Notes under the pieces: generated by a model | Databases searched by the model: none | Told to the model about the DNA's origin: nothing | Seen by the model: only the letters and a program-made list of their open reading frames with translations | Assembly (NCBI GenBank): GCA_003233175.1 | Contig: QIKY01000054.1 | Coordinates: 296-64,295 of the forward strand | DNA length: 64,000 nucleotides | Direction of reading: 5' to 3' | Source of the DNA: Planctomycetaceae bacterium | GTDB lineage: Bacteria > Planctomycetota > Planctomycetia > Pirellulales > Pirellulaceae | Translations under genes and position numbers: made by a program | In this document: piece after piece, positions 18,576 to 27,862 of the stretch | Layout of the letters: the number at the start of each line of letters is the position of its first letter | How positions within the stretch are numbered: position 1 is the stretch's first letter

Positions 18576-19585
18576 TTCATTCGCCGTCGTTTGGTGTCGT
18601 CTTGCGAGCCAGTGCGTTGCACGGACGCCGCCTGCTTGGCCGCCATGACGGGCGCTCCGAGCGATTCCGGATGGTCTTTTCGCCAACGCCGCAAAATACG
18701 CTCCGGCGGCTCCCGCCAACGGCGGTGGAGCCACCAGTATTGCCCTGGCGCGGTGCGAATGATGGTTTCCAACTGCTGACTATACCACTCCGTGAGCGGT
18801 TTGACACCGCCCGCCTCTTCAAGCAATGGGTCGAAGACGTCGGTCACCCCAACTTCAAAATGCAGAGGACGCCCCATGCGTTTGGCATAGGCCACCAACA
18901 TGGGGGCGTCGGTGGTGAGCGAGAACAACGCCAAAGCTTTGTGGTGCGAGGCGAGCCGTCCAAAAAACTCCACCCAGCAGCCTTTCTCGCCGCCGTGCTG
19001 GTCGGCCAACAACGCCAGCGCCCCGCCAGACTGAAGAAGCGATTGAATCTGCTCCGCACTGCCTTCCTTGGGCAGCATGTATTGACCCGAAGCGCTGCGG
19101 AAATTCAGGATGTAGTCGTTCAGAAGTTTGTTGTCCAGCGGACGGGCAATGGCGTGCGTCGGCAGCCCCAACAAACCGGCGGAATAGCTGGCCATCTCGA
19201 AATTGCCGAAATGCCCTGAAACGACAATGGCCGGCCGGACATCGATCAATGCCGAAACCAACTCCTTTTTCTTCACGGTCTTGATGTAGTCGCGCCAATT
19301 CGTTTCGCGAATCACGCGCGGGGCGTGCGCCACTTCACAGATCAAGAGCACTAGGTGCTCCCACATTTCCCGCGTGAGGCGTTTGCGGTCTTCGGCGCTC
19401 GAATTTGGGAACGCCGAGCGCAAATTCGCCTCGACCAAATTCCGCCGCACGCCGACAACTTCGGCGCAAAAAAACGACAGCCCACGCGCCCAGGTTTGAC
19501 ACGTTTCGATACGCACCGATTGAATGACGCAAATAAAGACCCGCACCAAACCATAGACGAGCCAATCCGTTGCCTTGCCGCGCAC
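18572..19585 (-). CDS. LpxL/HtrB-type lysophospholipid (lipid A biosynthesis) acyltransferase family protein
   Basis: 337 aa. An N-terminal TM/amphipathic segment is followed by VRRNLVEANLRSAFP, VVSGHFGNFE and LLADQH blocks typical of PF03279-type acyltransferases. Confidence 0.7.
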   Translation of the reverse strand: MRGKATDWLVYGLVRVFICVIQSVRIETCQTWARGLSFFCAEVVGVRRNLVEANLRSAFPNSSAEDRKRLTREMWEHLVLLICEVAHAPRVIRETNWRDYIKTVKKKELVSALIDVRPAIVVSGHFGNFEMASYSAGLLGLPTHAIARPLDNKLLNDYILNFRSASGQYMLPKEGSAEQIQSLLQSGGALALLADQHGGEKGCWVEFFGRLASHHKALALFSLTTDAPMLVAYAKRMGRPLHFEVGVTDVFDPLLEEAGGVKPLTEWYSQQLETIIRTAPGQYWWLHRRWREPPERILRRWRKDHPESLGAPVMAAKQAASVQRTGSQDDTKRRRMK

Positions 19586-19641
19586 GTCAGAATCCTTCAG
19601 AAGTCAAATTAGGGGGTTGGTTCGAAATTGTCCTGCCGAAT

Positions 19642-19674
19642 AAAAGCCCGGCATTTTCAAAATGCCGGGCTTTT
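19642..19674. repeat. Hairpin repeat family A copy
   Basis: aaaagcccggcattttcaaaatgccgggctttt. The flanks ccgaat..../....cgacaaccggta are shared with the copy at 29567. Confidence 0.75.
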
Positions 19675-20196
19675 CCGACCGACAACCGGTATCTTATTTA
19701 CGAATACGTATTCTGACGCGCCGAACGTTTTACTCAAAGACCGGTTTTGAAAAGTGTCGAACCAAGAACAGCCGGAACAGTCAGCTTTTGCGCACACTTG
19801 GAACGCGTGTCTTTTGTCAATACGATTTTTCGCCGGCCTCAGTGCGACAGAAGTCCGCCCAAACAACGGCTTCGACTACAGATTGCCAAAACTCGACTGT
19901 CAGTTTGCATTATCATGTCGGGTTCTCGACCAAACATCGACAACCAATGATCAACACGCCTCGGCCTACTGGAACAGGTGGGGGTTGCATACAATGAGAA
20001 GTGGTTGGATTGCGCTTGGCGTCTCTTCGGCTGGCGGCCCTCCGGGATAGGCATCAAGCCGGAAATAACGGTTGTATTTCTGGCGCCACGCGCTCGTTTC
20101 ACTTTGCCGTGGCGCTCCTCTGCCAGAATCAAACCCGCGTGCGATGGCAATGGGGAGTATTCACAAGACGCGAAACGCGAGCGAGCGACAAAAAAA

Positions 20197-20309
20197 TTCA
20201 CCACAGAGAGCACGGAGCACACAGAGAAGTTGGTCCCCAGGACTTCATGAATTGAAGACGGCGTTCGACGAATCAGCCTCTGTGGTCTCGGTGTGCTCTG
20301 TGGTTCAAC
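20197..20309. repeat. Imperfect inverted repeat of CACAGAG-rich motif
   Basis: ttcaccacagagagcacggagcacacagagaag (20197-20229) against gcctctgtggtctcggtgtgctctgtggttcaac (20276-20309), about 100 nt upstream of the start at 20413. Confidence 0.55.
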
Positions 20310-20412
20310 CGTTTTTCACTGCATCACCACAGGATGCAAACGGCGCCCGTCACTTATTTTCCGACCGATGGTAGGTCCACACTCTTCTGGATTTTTTTAC
20401 GGCTACCCATTC

Positions 20413-23400
20413 ATGAAACTCTCTCCCGCCATTTCTTTCTTACAGCGCATGCTCCGCGCGATTGCATGGGGCTTCGTTTTATTGGCGATGGCTTCGCCTT
20501 GTTTGGCGGCGGAAAAAGGTGAGAAGACGCCGCCGCAAAAAGCCGCCGCCAAGCTGCCGCCGCAAACCAACGGTAAGACGCGTGTGACGGGCCATTGGGG
20601 CGAAGGCGCTGTCGGGTTTCGGTGGGAGGAAGGCGACTCCGCCGACGCCCGCTGGAATCGGACCATCATCGGGCCGATGCTCACCTCCGCCTTGGCGGCG
20701 CCGGGCGGCATGATCAACAAGGCGCTCTCGATTCAAATCGGCCAAGAGGCCAACGCCGCCGTCTGTTTCGATAAAGAGAAACTCCACCTGCGCTGCGGTT
20801 GGGTGGGCGGCTTCCTTAATTTCACACCCGCTCGGTATGGACTGATCGCGCCGCCGCGCATCGCGGGCGAGGTGCGTTTCAGCGCGCCGGCGGGCCCCGG
20901 CTGGGGAAACGCGAAAACCGAATACAAGGGGCTCTACCAGAACGGCCGTCGGATCGTACTTTCGTACGCGGTAGATGGCGTGTCGGTTTTGGAATCGCCC
21001 TGGCTGGAAACAACCGACGGCCAACCATGGTTCACGCGAACGCTGGAAATAGGCGCCTCTGAAACGTCGCTCGAAGTAGTGGTCGCGGCCGAGAAAACGC
21101 AAGTCGTGCTCGAAGTCGATCAAAACCAAAACGCGGCGCGCGTCGTCGCTCTGTCCGGCGCGCCGGTGAAAGTCGCCATTGCGCCGCATGCGGGAACCGT
21201 GCGATTCAAAATTCTGATCGCCGGCGGCAAACCAATTCCCTCGCCGAAAAAACCGTTCCCACAAAACGCGCCCGCCAATCGTCGGAACATCATCGAAAAT
21301 CTTGCCGCCCTCACAACGCCCGGCGCGCCGCTGTGGAAACAAACCGTAACCACGCAAGGAACGCTGGGCCAGGGCGCCGGGCCGTATGTTGTCGACACCA
21401 TCACCCTGCCGTTTGAAAATCCTTGGCGGGCCTTGATGTTTGTCGGCGGCCACGATTTTTTCTCCCAGCCGGGGCGGGCTGCGCTTTGCACGGTGCATGG
21501 CGACGTCTGGCTGTTGGAGGGAATCGACGCCGGTCTGCGGCGCGTACGCTGGCGGCGCTTCGCCACCGGACTCTTCCAACCGCTCGGTTTGCGGATCGTA
21601 CGCGACCAAATATACGTGCTGGGTCGGGATCAAATCACGCGGCTGCACGACCGCAACGATGATGGCGAAGCCGACTTTTACGAGACCTTCAACGACGACG
21701 CACAAACTTCTCCCGCCGGCCACGATTTTTCCGCCTGTTTGGAAACCGACCCCGCCGGAAATTTCTATTATGTGAGCCAACAAGGCGTGCATCGCATCAG
21801 CAAAAACGGCGCCGTGCATGAAATCATCGCCACCGGGCTGCGCAATCCGAATGGAATGTCGGTCGGTCCTCAAGGCGTGATCACCGCCGCGCCGCAGGAA
21901 GGCGAATGGACGCCCGCTTCGGCCATTTATGAAGTCGAACCGGGAAATTATTTCGGTTACGGCGGACCCAAAATAACGCCCCAACGCCCGCTCGGTTACG
22001 ACCCGCCGCTGTGCTGGATTCCGCGCCGGGTCGATAACTCTTGCGGCGGGCAAGTGTGGGTGACCAGCAAACGTTGGGGGCCGTTGGAGAATCAACTCTT
22101 GCATTTGTCGTTCGGACAATGCCGGTTGTATTTGGTGCTGCGCGAGCAAGTGGGGCGGGTGACGCAAGGCGGCTTGGCGGCCTTTCCGCTGCATTTCGAT
22201 TCCGGCGTGATGCGAGGACGTTTCAATCCGCACGATGGGCAACTGTATGTTTCGGGGTTGCGGGGCTGGGTCAGCGCCGCCGTGCAAGACGGATGTTTCC
22301 AACGCGTGCGATATACCGGCGCTCCGCTGACGCTGCCCATTGGCGTACGCACCATGAAAAACGGCGTCTGGCTGGCCTTCGCCATGCCGCTCGACCCACA
22401 AACCGCCGAAGACCCCGATAACTACCAGCTTGAACAATGGAACTATGTCTACTCGAAAAATTATGGCTCGTCGGAATACAAACCTTCGGCGCCGGGCAGC
22501 GAAGGGCGCGATGAACTGGAAGTGCTTTCGGCCACGCTGCTAAACGACCGCACCGTGTTCCTGGAACTGGCCGACGTACAGCCCGTAATGCAAATGGCGA
22601 TTCATTACGTCATTAAAACGGCGGCGCAACAGCCGCTGCGTGGGATTTATCACCACACCATCAAAGCCGTTTCCAGTGAGCGTATTGCGGAATCGCGTTT
22701 GGTGCGCCGTCCTCGAACGGGTCGTCTCGCTACGGCCTTGCAAAAACGCTTGCAGCCAGGAATTTCCTGGAGTTTTGAATCGATCGGGAAAGAAGCAGTC
22801 GGAAATGAAAACACTTCGTGTCAGCAGTTGCGCCAACGTTCCGATGCGCGCGTCGACCGCATGGCCACGCTTGTCAATCTTCCCGGAAAATCGCCCACGC
22901 CTTTTCTGCCGCCGGGGCCATTCACCGCGCGGGGGCAGGCGTATGTGAAGGTCGCCTTCCAAGACGATTACACCTTCCACGCGCGCGGGCAAGGCCGCGT
23001 TCAAGTTCGCTTGAACGATGAAGCGGTGCTGGAAGGCCACGGCGACCTCTCACAACTGGCGCGGCGCACGGTCCGCCTGCACAAAGGTTACAACCGGCTG
23101 GAAATTGTGTACGACAGTTCGCCTGCGGGCGGGGCGGATTTTCGGCTGCTGTGGGAAACGCCCAATGCGCCGAAAGAATCTCTCCCGCCGACCACGCTCT
23201 TTCACGACACCGCCGATGCCGACCTCTCACCGCTTCGCTCAGGCAGAACACTCTTTGCCCAACGGCGTTGCCATCGCTGCCACCGGCTGCCGGCATCGCT
23301 GGCAACGGCCCGGGAATCGATGCCCGAATTGGATCTCGACGCGCCGCATCTGGCAACCAGCGGCCAGCGGCTGACAACCGCCTGGCTCGCGCAATGGATT

Positions 23401-24828
23401 CACGCGCCGCATCAATTGCGAGCGTCGGCCGCCATGCCGGCTTTGCTCCCGGCAGATAACGCCGCCGGCCATCAACAAGCGGCCGATCTTGCCGCCTGGC
23501 TGACAACGCTCGGCAAGCAGGCTGCTGCCGATTCTCCACGGGTCTTTCAAGATCAAGCCCCAAGCGAACACGTCGAACGCGGCGCCGTGCTGTTTGAAGA
23601 TCTGGGCTGCATCGCCTGCCATCGAATGTCGGCGGAATCGGACGCCGATGATTACCAACGGTTGTCGCTGCATCACATTTCCGCGAAATTTCGCCCCGGC
23701 GCCTTGCGGGCGTTTCTGAAAACGCCGCACAATAATTATCGTTGGAGCCGCATGCCCGATTTCCATTTGGCCGACGACGAAGCCTCCTCGCTTGCGGCTT
23801 GGTTGCGAAAAGAGTCGGTCGGTAAGCTCGCCGATTGGACCAGCAACATCCAGGGAAACGCCAAGCAAGGCCAAGCCCTGTTTGGCAAGTTACGCTGCAG
23901 CGCCTGCCACGCGGTGGAGGAGAATCAAACGTTGCCCGTCGCATCGCTAACATTGTTCGGGTCATCGTCGTTGGCGGCTTCGCCTCGCGATGCATCGGTC
24001 TTGTTTGTCGGCGCCGCCAAGCGTGGCTGCCTAGCTGATACGCCCTCGCGCCGCGCCGCGCCCAACCACCACCTTACCGCCGCCGAAACAACCGCCCTGC
24101 GTAGCTTCTTGCAAACCGACGGGCGCTCGCTCGCACGGCGCATTCCCGTGGAGTTCTCTCGCCGCACAGCGCGGCGGTTGGCGTGCAACGCCTGCCATTC
24201 GCGAGACGGAAAAAACGGCCGGCGCGGCGAGATTATCATCGACGAAGGTCTGCAAGGCTTGCCGCCGGAGCCGCTGCCCAACCTCACCTGGACCGGCGAA
24301 AAGTTGCACGCCGATTGGCTGGCCCGCTTCCTGGGTGGTCAAATCAGCAACCGGCCGCGTCCTTGGTTGAAGGGCCGCATGCCCGCCTTCCCGGCTTACG
24401 CCCAGGGGTTGGCGGAGGGAATTGCGAGGGAACATGGCGTGCTCTCGAACTCTCCGCCGCCCGCGCATTTTGATCCTGCACTTTTTGAAGTTGGTCGCCA
24501 ACTTACCTTGAAAACAGCCCTCGATTGCCGACAATGTCACGGCGTGGGCGCACTTGAACCGCGTGGAGACGACCGCACGAAAATCGCGCTGGGCGTCAAT
24601 TTTTCGCTCATTCGCCAACGCCTCCGCCACGACTTCTACCGCCGTTTCGTGCTCGACCCGCCGCGATACGATATCAGCACGAAAATGCCCAAGCTGGCGG
24701 TTGACGGCATGCACACCAAAGTGACTGCGTTCTTCCACGGCGACGCCGCCCAACAGTTCGGCGCCATTTGGCAATACCTTTTGTTTTTCGACCAACCACA
24801 AGCAGCGGAGCAACACCCCACGCCGTAA
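20413..24828 (+). CDS. Giant secreted multi-heme c-type cytochrome / beta-propeller 'membrane-bound dehydrogenase'-type protein
   Basis: Five CxxCH motifs (CHRCH, CIACH, CSACH, CNACH, CRQCH) in the C-terminal half. The central region looks like a sorbosone-dehydrogenase-type propeller (GLRNPNGMSVGP). A PA14-like segment is present (YTFHARGQGRVQVRLND...YNRLEIVY). I chose the start at MKLSPAISFL, which gives a signal peptide; the ORF track starts at 20293. Confidence 0.8.
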   Translation: MKLSPAISFLQRMLRAIAWGFVLLAMASPCLAAEKGEKTPPQKAAAKLPPQTNGKTRVTGHWGEGAVGFRWEEGDSADARWNRTIIGPMLTSALAAPGGMINKALSIQIGQEANAAVCFDKEKLHLRCGWVGGFLNFTPARYGLIAPPRIAGEVRFSAPAGPGWGNAKTEYKGLYQNGRRIVLSYAVDGVSVLESPWLETTDGQPWFTRTLEIGASETSLEVVVAAEKTQVVLEVDQNQNAARVVALSGAPVKVAIAPHAGTVRFKILIAGGKPIPSPKKPFPQNAPANRRNIIENLAALTTPGAPLWKQTVTTQGTLGQGAGPYVVDTITLPFENPWRALMFVGGHDFFSQPGRAALCTVHGDVWLLEGIDAGLRRVRWRRFATGLFQPLGLRIVRDQIYVLGRDQITRLHDRNDDGEADFYETFNDDAQTSPAGHDFSACLETDPAGNFYYVSQQGVHRISKNGAVHEIIATGLRNPNGMSVGPQGVITAAPQEGEWTPASAIYEVEPGNYFGYGGPKITPQRPLGYDPPLCWIPRRVDNSCGGQVWVTSKRWGPLENQLLHLSFGQCRLYLVLREQVGRVTQGGLAAFPLHFDSGVMRGRFNPHDGQLYVSGLRGWVSAAVQDGCFQRVRYTGAPLTLPIGVRTMKNGVWLAFAMPLDPQTAEDPDNYQLEQWNYVYSKNYGSSEYKPSAPGSEGRDELEVLSATLLNDRTVFLELADVQPVMQMAIHYVIKTAAQQPLRGIYHHTIKAVSSERIAESRLVRRPRTGRLATALQKRLQPGISWSFESIGKEAVGNENTSCQQLRQRSDARVDRMATLVNLPGKSPTPFLPPGPFTARGQAYVKVAFQDDYTFHARGQGRVQVRLNDEAVLEGHGDLSQLARRTVRLHKGYNRLEIVYDSSPAGGADFRLLWETPNAPKESLPPTTLFHDTADADLSPLRSGRTLFAQRRCHRCHRLPASLATARESMPELDLDAPHLATSGQRLTTAWLAQWIHAPHQLRASAAMPALLPADNAAGHQQAADLAAWLTTLGKQAAADSPRVFQDQAPSEHVERGAVLFEDLGCIACHRMSAESDADDYQRLSLHHISAKFRPGALRAFLKTPHNNYRWSRMPDFHLADDEASSLAAWLRKESVGKLADWTSNIQGNAKQGQALFGKLRCSACHAVEENQTLPVASLTLFGSSSLAASPRDASVLFVGAAKRGCLADTPSRRAAPNHHLTAAETTALRSFLQTDGRSLARRIPVEFSRRTARRLACNACHSRDGKNGRRGEIIIDEGLQGLPPEPLPNLTWTGEKLHADWLARFLGGQISNRPRPWLKGRMPAFPAYAQGLAEGIAREHGVLSNSPPPAHFDPALFEVGRQLTLKTALDCRQCHGVGALEPRGDDRTKIALGVNFSLIRQRLRHDFYRRFVLDPPRYDISTKMPKLAVDGMHTKVTAFFHGDAAQQFGAIWQYLLFFDQPQAAEQHPTP

Positions 24829-24987
24829 ACAAAGAGAAAAAATCGTCGCAATACAAATAACCAGCGGCCTGCTTGCCCGGCATGACGTAGGGTTGTAAAG
24901 GCGTCTGTTTTGAGTTGACGGTTTGGCGTATTTTCGCCACGGCAACAGAACAGTTTCACTTTGTGTTTTTTCTCCACGGAACGACCC

Positions 24988-25347
24988 ATGTCTGAATATC
25001 CTTGGAACGCCTCTGTTCGTGATCCTCGCCATCTGGCGACGGAGGGCAGTGTGGTGGAAGTGGCTGCCGCTGGCCAAGCGAACGCGCGAGAACCGGGCGT
25101 CAAGGCGGAACTCATCAACCTTTCCCGGCAGGGAATGCAAATTCGCATTGGCAAGGAATTCGTCGAGGGCGAAATGATTGAAACGCGGTTTGGCCGCCAA
25201 GATGCAACGACCCGCTTTGCACAGCGCGGGAGAGTGCTTTGGGTTCGCCCAGACGACGGCCAATGGCTTGTCGGCTGCCAATTTGAAACCGAACTTGATT
25301 GGGAGGCGATGGGCGAATTGTTTGCCAACAACCTGCTGGAAACGTAG
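24988..25347 (+). CDS. PilZ-like domain protein
   Basis: 119 aa. NLSRQG fits the (D/N)xSxxG motif and a GRVLWV...GCQF beta-barrel tail is present. The RxxxR motif is degenerate (RDPRH). Confidence 0.45.
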   Translation: MSEYPWNASVRDPRHLATEGSVVEVAAAGQANAREPGVKAELINLSRQGMQIRIGKEFVEGEMIETRFGRQDATTRFAQRGRVLWVRPDDGQWLVGCQFETELDWEAMGELFANNLLET

Positions 25348-25399
25348 GGTTGGCCGCTGGACCGCCGCCGGTGCTCCAGCGCATAAACGCTTAACAAAC

Positions 25400-25654
25400 G
25401 TCGACTGGCCAGGCCGGAAAAACAGTCGGCGAACATCGCCAGAAACGAACTTGGAAGAATCTTCGCATTCGCGATCTGACGGCAGTTCGATATCAACAGG
25501 TAGTCTACCCGATGATGAGCCGTAATCGCGATGTGAAGTGCGTCGAAAACCGCGTTGCGCGGAAGAATAGCACGTGAGAGGATGTAACGACTTGCGTGTT
25601 TGGCCGCTGCCGAAGGTAGCTCACGATCGACGTTTCAATGTAAATGGTGGGCAT
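25400..25654 (-). pseudogene. Decayed paralogue of the PIN gene at 8072-8560
   Basis: MPTIYIETSIVSYLRQRPNTQVV (ATG at 25654) aligns with MMDTVYIETSIVSHATARPSND. After a deletion or frameshift, DALHIAITAHHRVDYLLISNCRQIANAKILP aligns with DASHVAVAALGGVQFLLTQNCRHIANAAVLP. The middle of the domain is missing. Confidence 0.55.
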
Positions 25655-25732
25655 CGCCCTTCTTCCAACCGGTTCTTGTGGCGATGCGGCTCGAATCGGT
25701 GAAGAAATTTTGTGTCCCCGCCGTCAAATCGT

Positions 25733-26191
25733 CTAGCTGAAAAACTGGCCCTGTCCGTGGGGTTCAAAGGCGTTGACAAGGTGTTCGATGTTGGGGCGGC
25801 GGGATTCTTGCGGCCACGTGACCGAGACCACGTCGAACCGGGCGCTGTTTTCGAGTAAGTCGTGCCGTTTGAGATACGCCAAGGCGAGTTTTGTCAGCTT
25901 GGCCTGCTTGGCGGGCGTGACGGCTTCTTCGGGCAGCCCGGCGACGTCGGAGCGGCGCGTCTTGACTTCGACAAACACCACCACGCGGCCATCGACCGCG
26001 ACGAGGTCCAATTCACCGATGCGTCCCCGTTCGCCGCGCGCCACAATAAGATAGCCCTGGCGTTTCAGAAAACGCTCGGCCGCGCGCTCGCCTTGCAAAC
26101 CGAGGCGCACGGGTTTGCGCGACAACATTTTCCGGAGCCACGGCATTTTCCGGAGCCATCGGCGCAGCGAACGCCAACCGATGCCGGCCAC
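25733..26191 (-). CDS. yraN: YraN-family (UPF0102) endonuclease
   Basis: GERAAERFLKRQGYLIVARGERGRIGELDLVAVDGRVVVFVEVKTRRS. The start is ambiguous (26191, 26146 or 26128) because an 18-bp tandem duplication carries the ATG codons. Confidence 0.8.
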   Translation of the reverse strand: MAGIGWRSLRRWLRKMPWLRKMLSRKPVRLGLQGERAAERFLKRQGYLIVARGERGRIGELDLVAVDGRVVVFVEVKTRRSDVAGLPEEAVTPAKQAKLTKLALAYLKRHDLLENSARFDVVSVTWPQESRRPNIEHLVNAFEPHGQGQFFS

Positions 26192-26194
26192 AAC

Positions 26195-26548
26195 TCAACT
26201 ACGCCGCCGCTCTTTGAGACGCGTCGCCTTGCCGACCCGGTCGCGCAGAAAATAAAGCTTGGCCCGGCGAACCACGCTGGAGCGTTTGACTTCCACCTTG
26301 GCGATGCGGGGCGAATGCAGCGGAAACTTGCGTTCCACGCCCTCGCCGGCGACGATCCGTCGGACGACGAACATTTCACGCGCGCCGCCGCCACTGCGGC
26401 CCAGAACCACACCGGTGAAAATCTGGATGCGTTCTTTTTCGCCTTCCAAAATTCGCGTGTGGACATCAACCGTATCGCCCACGTCGAATTGGGGCGGTTC
26501 TTCCTTCAGGCTGCTCTTTTCGACCAGATCGATTATCTGTTGGCTCAT
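26195..26548 (-). CDS. rplS: 50S ribosomal protein L19
   Basis: FDVGDTVDVHTRILEGEKERIQIFTGVVL...FPLHSPRIAKVEV. Length 117 aa. Confidence 0.95.
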   Translation of the reverse strand: MSQQIIDLVEKSSLKEEPPQFDVGDTVDVHTRILEGEKERIQIFTGVVLGRSGGGAREMFVVRRIVAGEGVERKFPLHSPRIAKVEVKRSSVVRRAKLYFLRDRVGKATRLKERRRS

Positions 26549-26673
26549 TGGTATTCTTCCCGTTTGAGTCGACTGTATTTGTCTTTAAGCGTTTTCGTTA
26601 CTAAGTGTTCGTAAAATGTTAAGCGTTTTCTTCGCGAGGCCCTTTTTCAAGGCCCTTTTTTCTCGATCAGCCC

Positions 26674-27357
26674 TTATTCGAGCAAATCAGCGCGACGTTC
26701 TTCTGTTTTTCGCAAACTCTCCGCCGCACGCCAACGGGCAATCGCTTCGTGGTCGCCGCTGAGCAAAACGTCTGGAACCGTATGGCCCCGATACTCGCGA
26801 GGACGCGTGTATTGGGCATGTTCGAGGTATCGGTTTCCCTGCGAGAATGAGTCGTCGATATTACTTTGTTCGTCTCCTAACACTCCGGGAATGAGCCGCG
26901 CCGTGGCGTCGATCAAAACCATGGCGGCCACTTCACCGCCGTTGAGGATAAAATCTCCGATAGATATTTCGTCAGGCTGGAGAATATCGCTGACCCGTTG
27001 ATCAAACCCTTCGTAACGTCCACACAACAGCAGCAACCGTTTTTCCTCCGCCAACTCCTCCGCCGCCGCCTGATCAAAACGGCGCCCTTGAGGCGTTAGC
27101 ATAATGATTCTGCCAGCCGGCTTCGCCGCAGCCCGCACCTCTTCAACCGCCTCCACCAACGGCTCCACCTTGAGCACCATGCCAGGGCCTCCGCCGAAGG
27201 GGCGATCGTCGACGCTGGCGTGTTTGTCGCGAGCCCAATCCCGGAGGTTGTGCAAGCGAATGTCGATCAGCCCGCCTTGGATCGCTTTATGTATGAGGCT
27301 TTGGCTGAGGTATCCTGAGAATAAGTCGGGGAATAAAGTGACTACATCGTAACGCAC
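26674..27357 (-). CDS. trmD: tRNA (guanine37-N1)-methyltransferase
   Basis: MRYDVVTLFPDLF..., DDRPFGGGPGMVL, LCGRYEGFDQRV, SIGDFILNGGE. Confidence 0.95.
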   Translation of the reverse strand: MRYDVVTLFPDLFSGYLSQSLIHKAIQGGLIDIRLHNLRDWARDKHASVDDRPFGGGPGMVLKVEPLVEAVEEVRAAAKPAGRIIMLTPQGRRFDQAAAEELAEEKRLLLLCGRYEGFDQRVSDILQPDEISIGDFILNGGEVAAMVLIDATARLIPGVLGDEQSNIDDSFSQGNRYLEHAQYTRPREYRGHTVPDVLLSGDHEAIARWRAAESLRKTEERRADLLE

Positions 27358-27368
27358 TGGCTACCCTC

Positions 27369-27758
27369 TTAGGCTTCGCTTTCCACTGCCTGTTCTTGCG
27401 AGGCGTCCACTTCTTCCTGTGGCGGCGACGCCCCGGCTTTTTCGAACGGCACGTGGCCGACCTTCATATTCAGCCGCTCCAGCGCCGCACGCTGCTTTTC
27501 CAGATGCGTTCCACTGGCCCCGTACTTTTTGATCAGTGTTTTGACATTTTCAGTAGGCTGGGCGCCGACGCCCAGCCAGTAATCGATGCGCTCGCCGTTC
27601 AAAATAGCGCGGGCGTCGACATCCTTGACCATCGGGTCGTAGTAACCGAGTTCTTCGATTGCGCGGCCATCGCGGGGCGTTCTGGCGTCCATCGCGCAGA
27701 CACGGAAAAACGGCCGGTGCGTTCGGCCAAGTCTTTTGAGTCGGATCCTAACTGCCAC
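27369..27758 (-). CDS. rpsP: 30S ribosomal protein S16 (with C-terminal extension)
   Basis: (V)AVRIRLKRLGRTHRPFFRVCAMDARTPRDGRAIEELGYYDP. I prefer the GTG start at 27758; the ORF track ATG is at 27773. Confidence 0.9.
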   Translation of the reverse strand: MAVRIRLKRLGRTHRPFFRVCAMDARTPRDGRAIEELGYYDPMVKDVDARAILNGERIDYWLGVGAQPTENVKTLIKKYGASGTHLEKQRAALERLNMKVGHVPFEKAGASPPQEEVDASQEQAVESEA

Positions 27759-27862
27759 AAAACTCTCCTTCACATGGGTTGTTGTTCCGGCGGGCTGGGA
27801 ATCCCGCCATGATACGTGTGTCTGATTATTTTTTACTGCGTTATTTTTTTCTCGCCGGGAAC

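Noticed and set aside
20479-22437. 652-aa minus-strand ORF antisense to the giant cytochrome gene
   Set aside because: It is Arg/Gly/Ala/Pro-rich low-complexity sequence with no motif, and it lies entirely inside a sense gene that has clear domain signatures. This is the typical stop-codon-poor antisense frame of GC-rich DNA.
24031-25281. 416-aa minus-strand ORF spanning the end of the cytochrome gene and the PilZ-like gene
   Set aside because: It crosses an intergenic region and two better-supported + strand genes, has an R/A/G-rich composition and carries no recognisable domain.
26126-26161. 18-bp tandem duplication (cattttccggagccaNNN x2) at the 5' end of yraN
   Set aside because: It is real in the sequence, but it only duplicates a WLRKM(P/L) segment and the candidate start codons. 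It is most simply a slippage duplication, and its only consequence is uncertainty about the yraN start.
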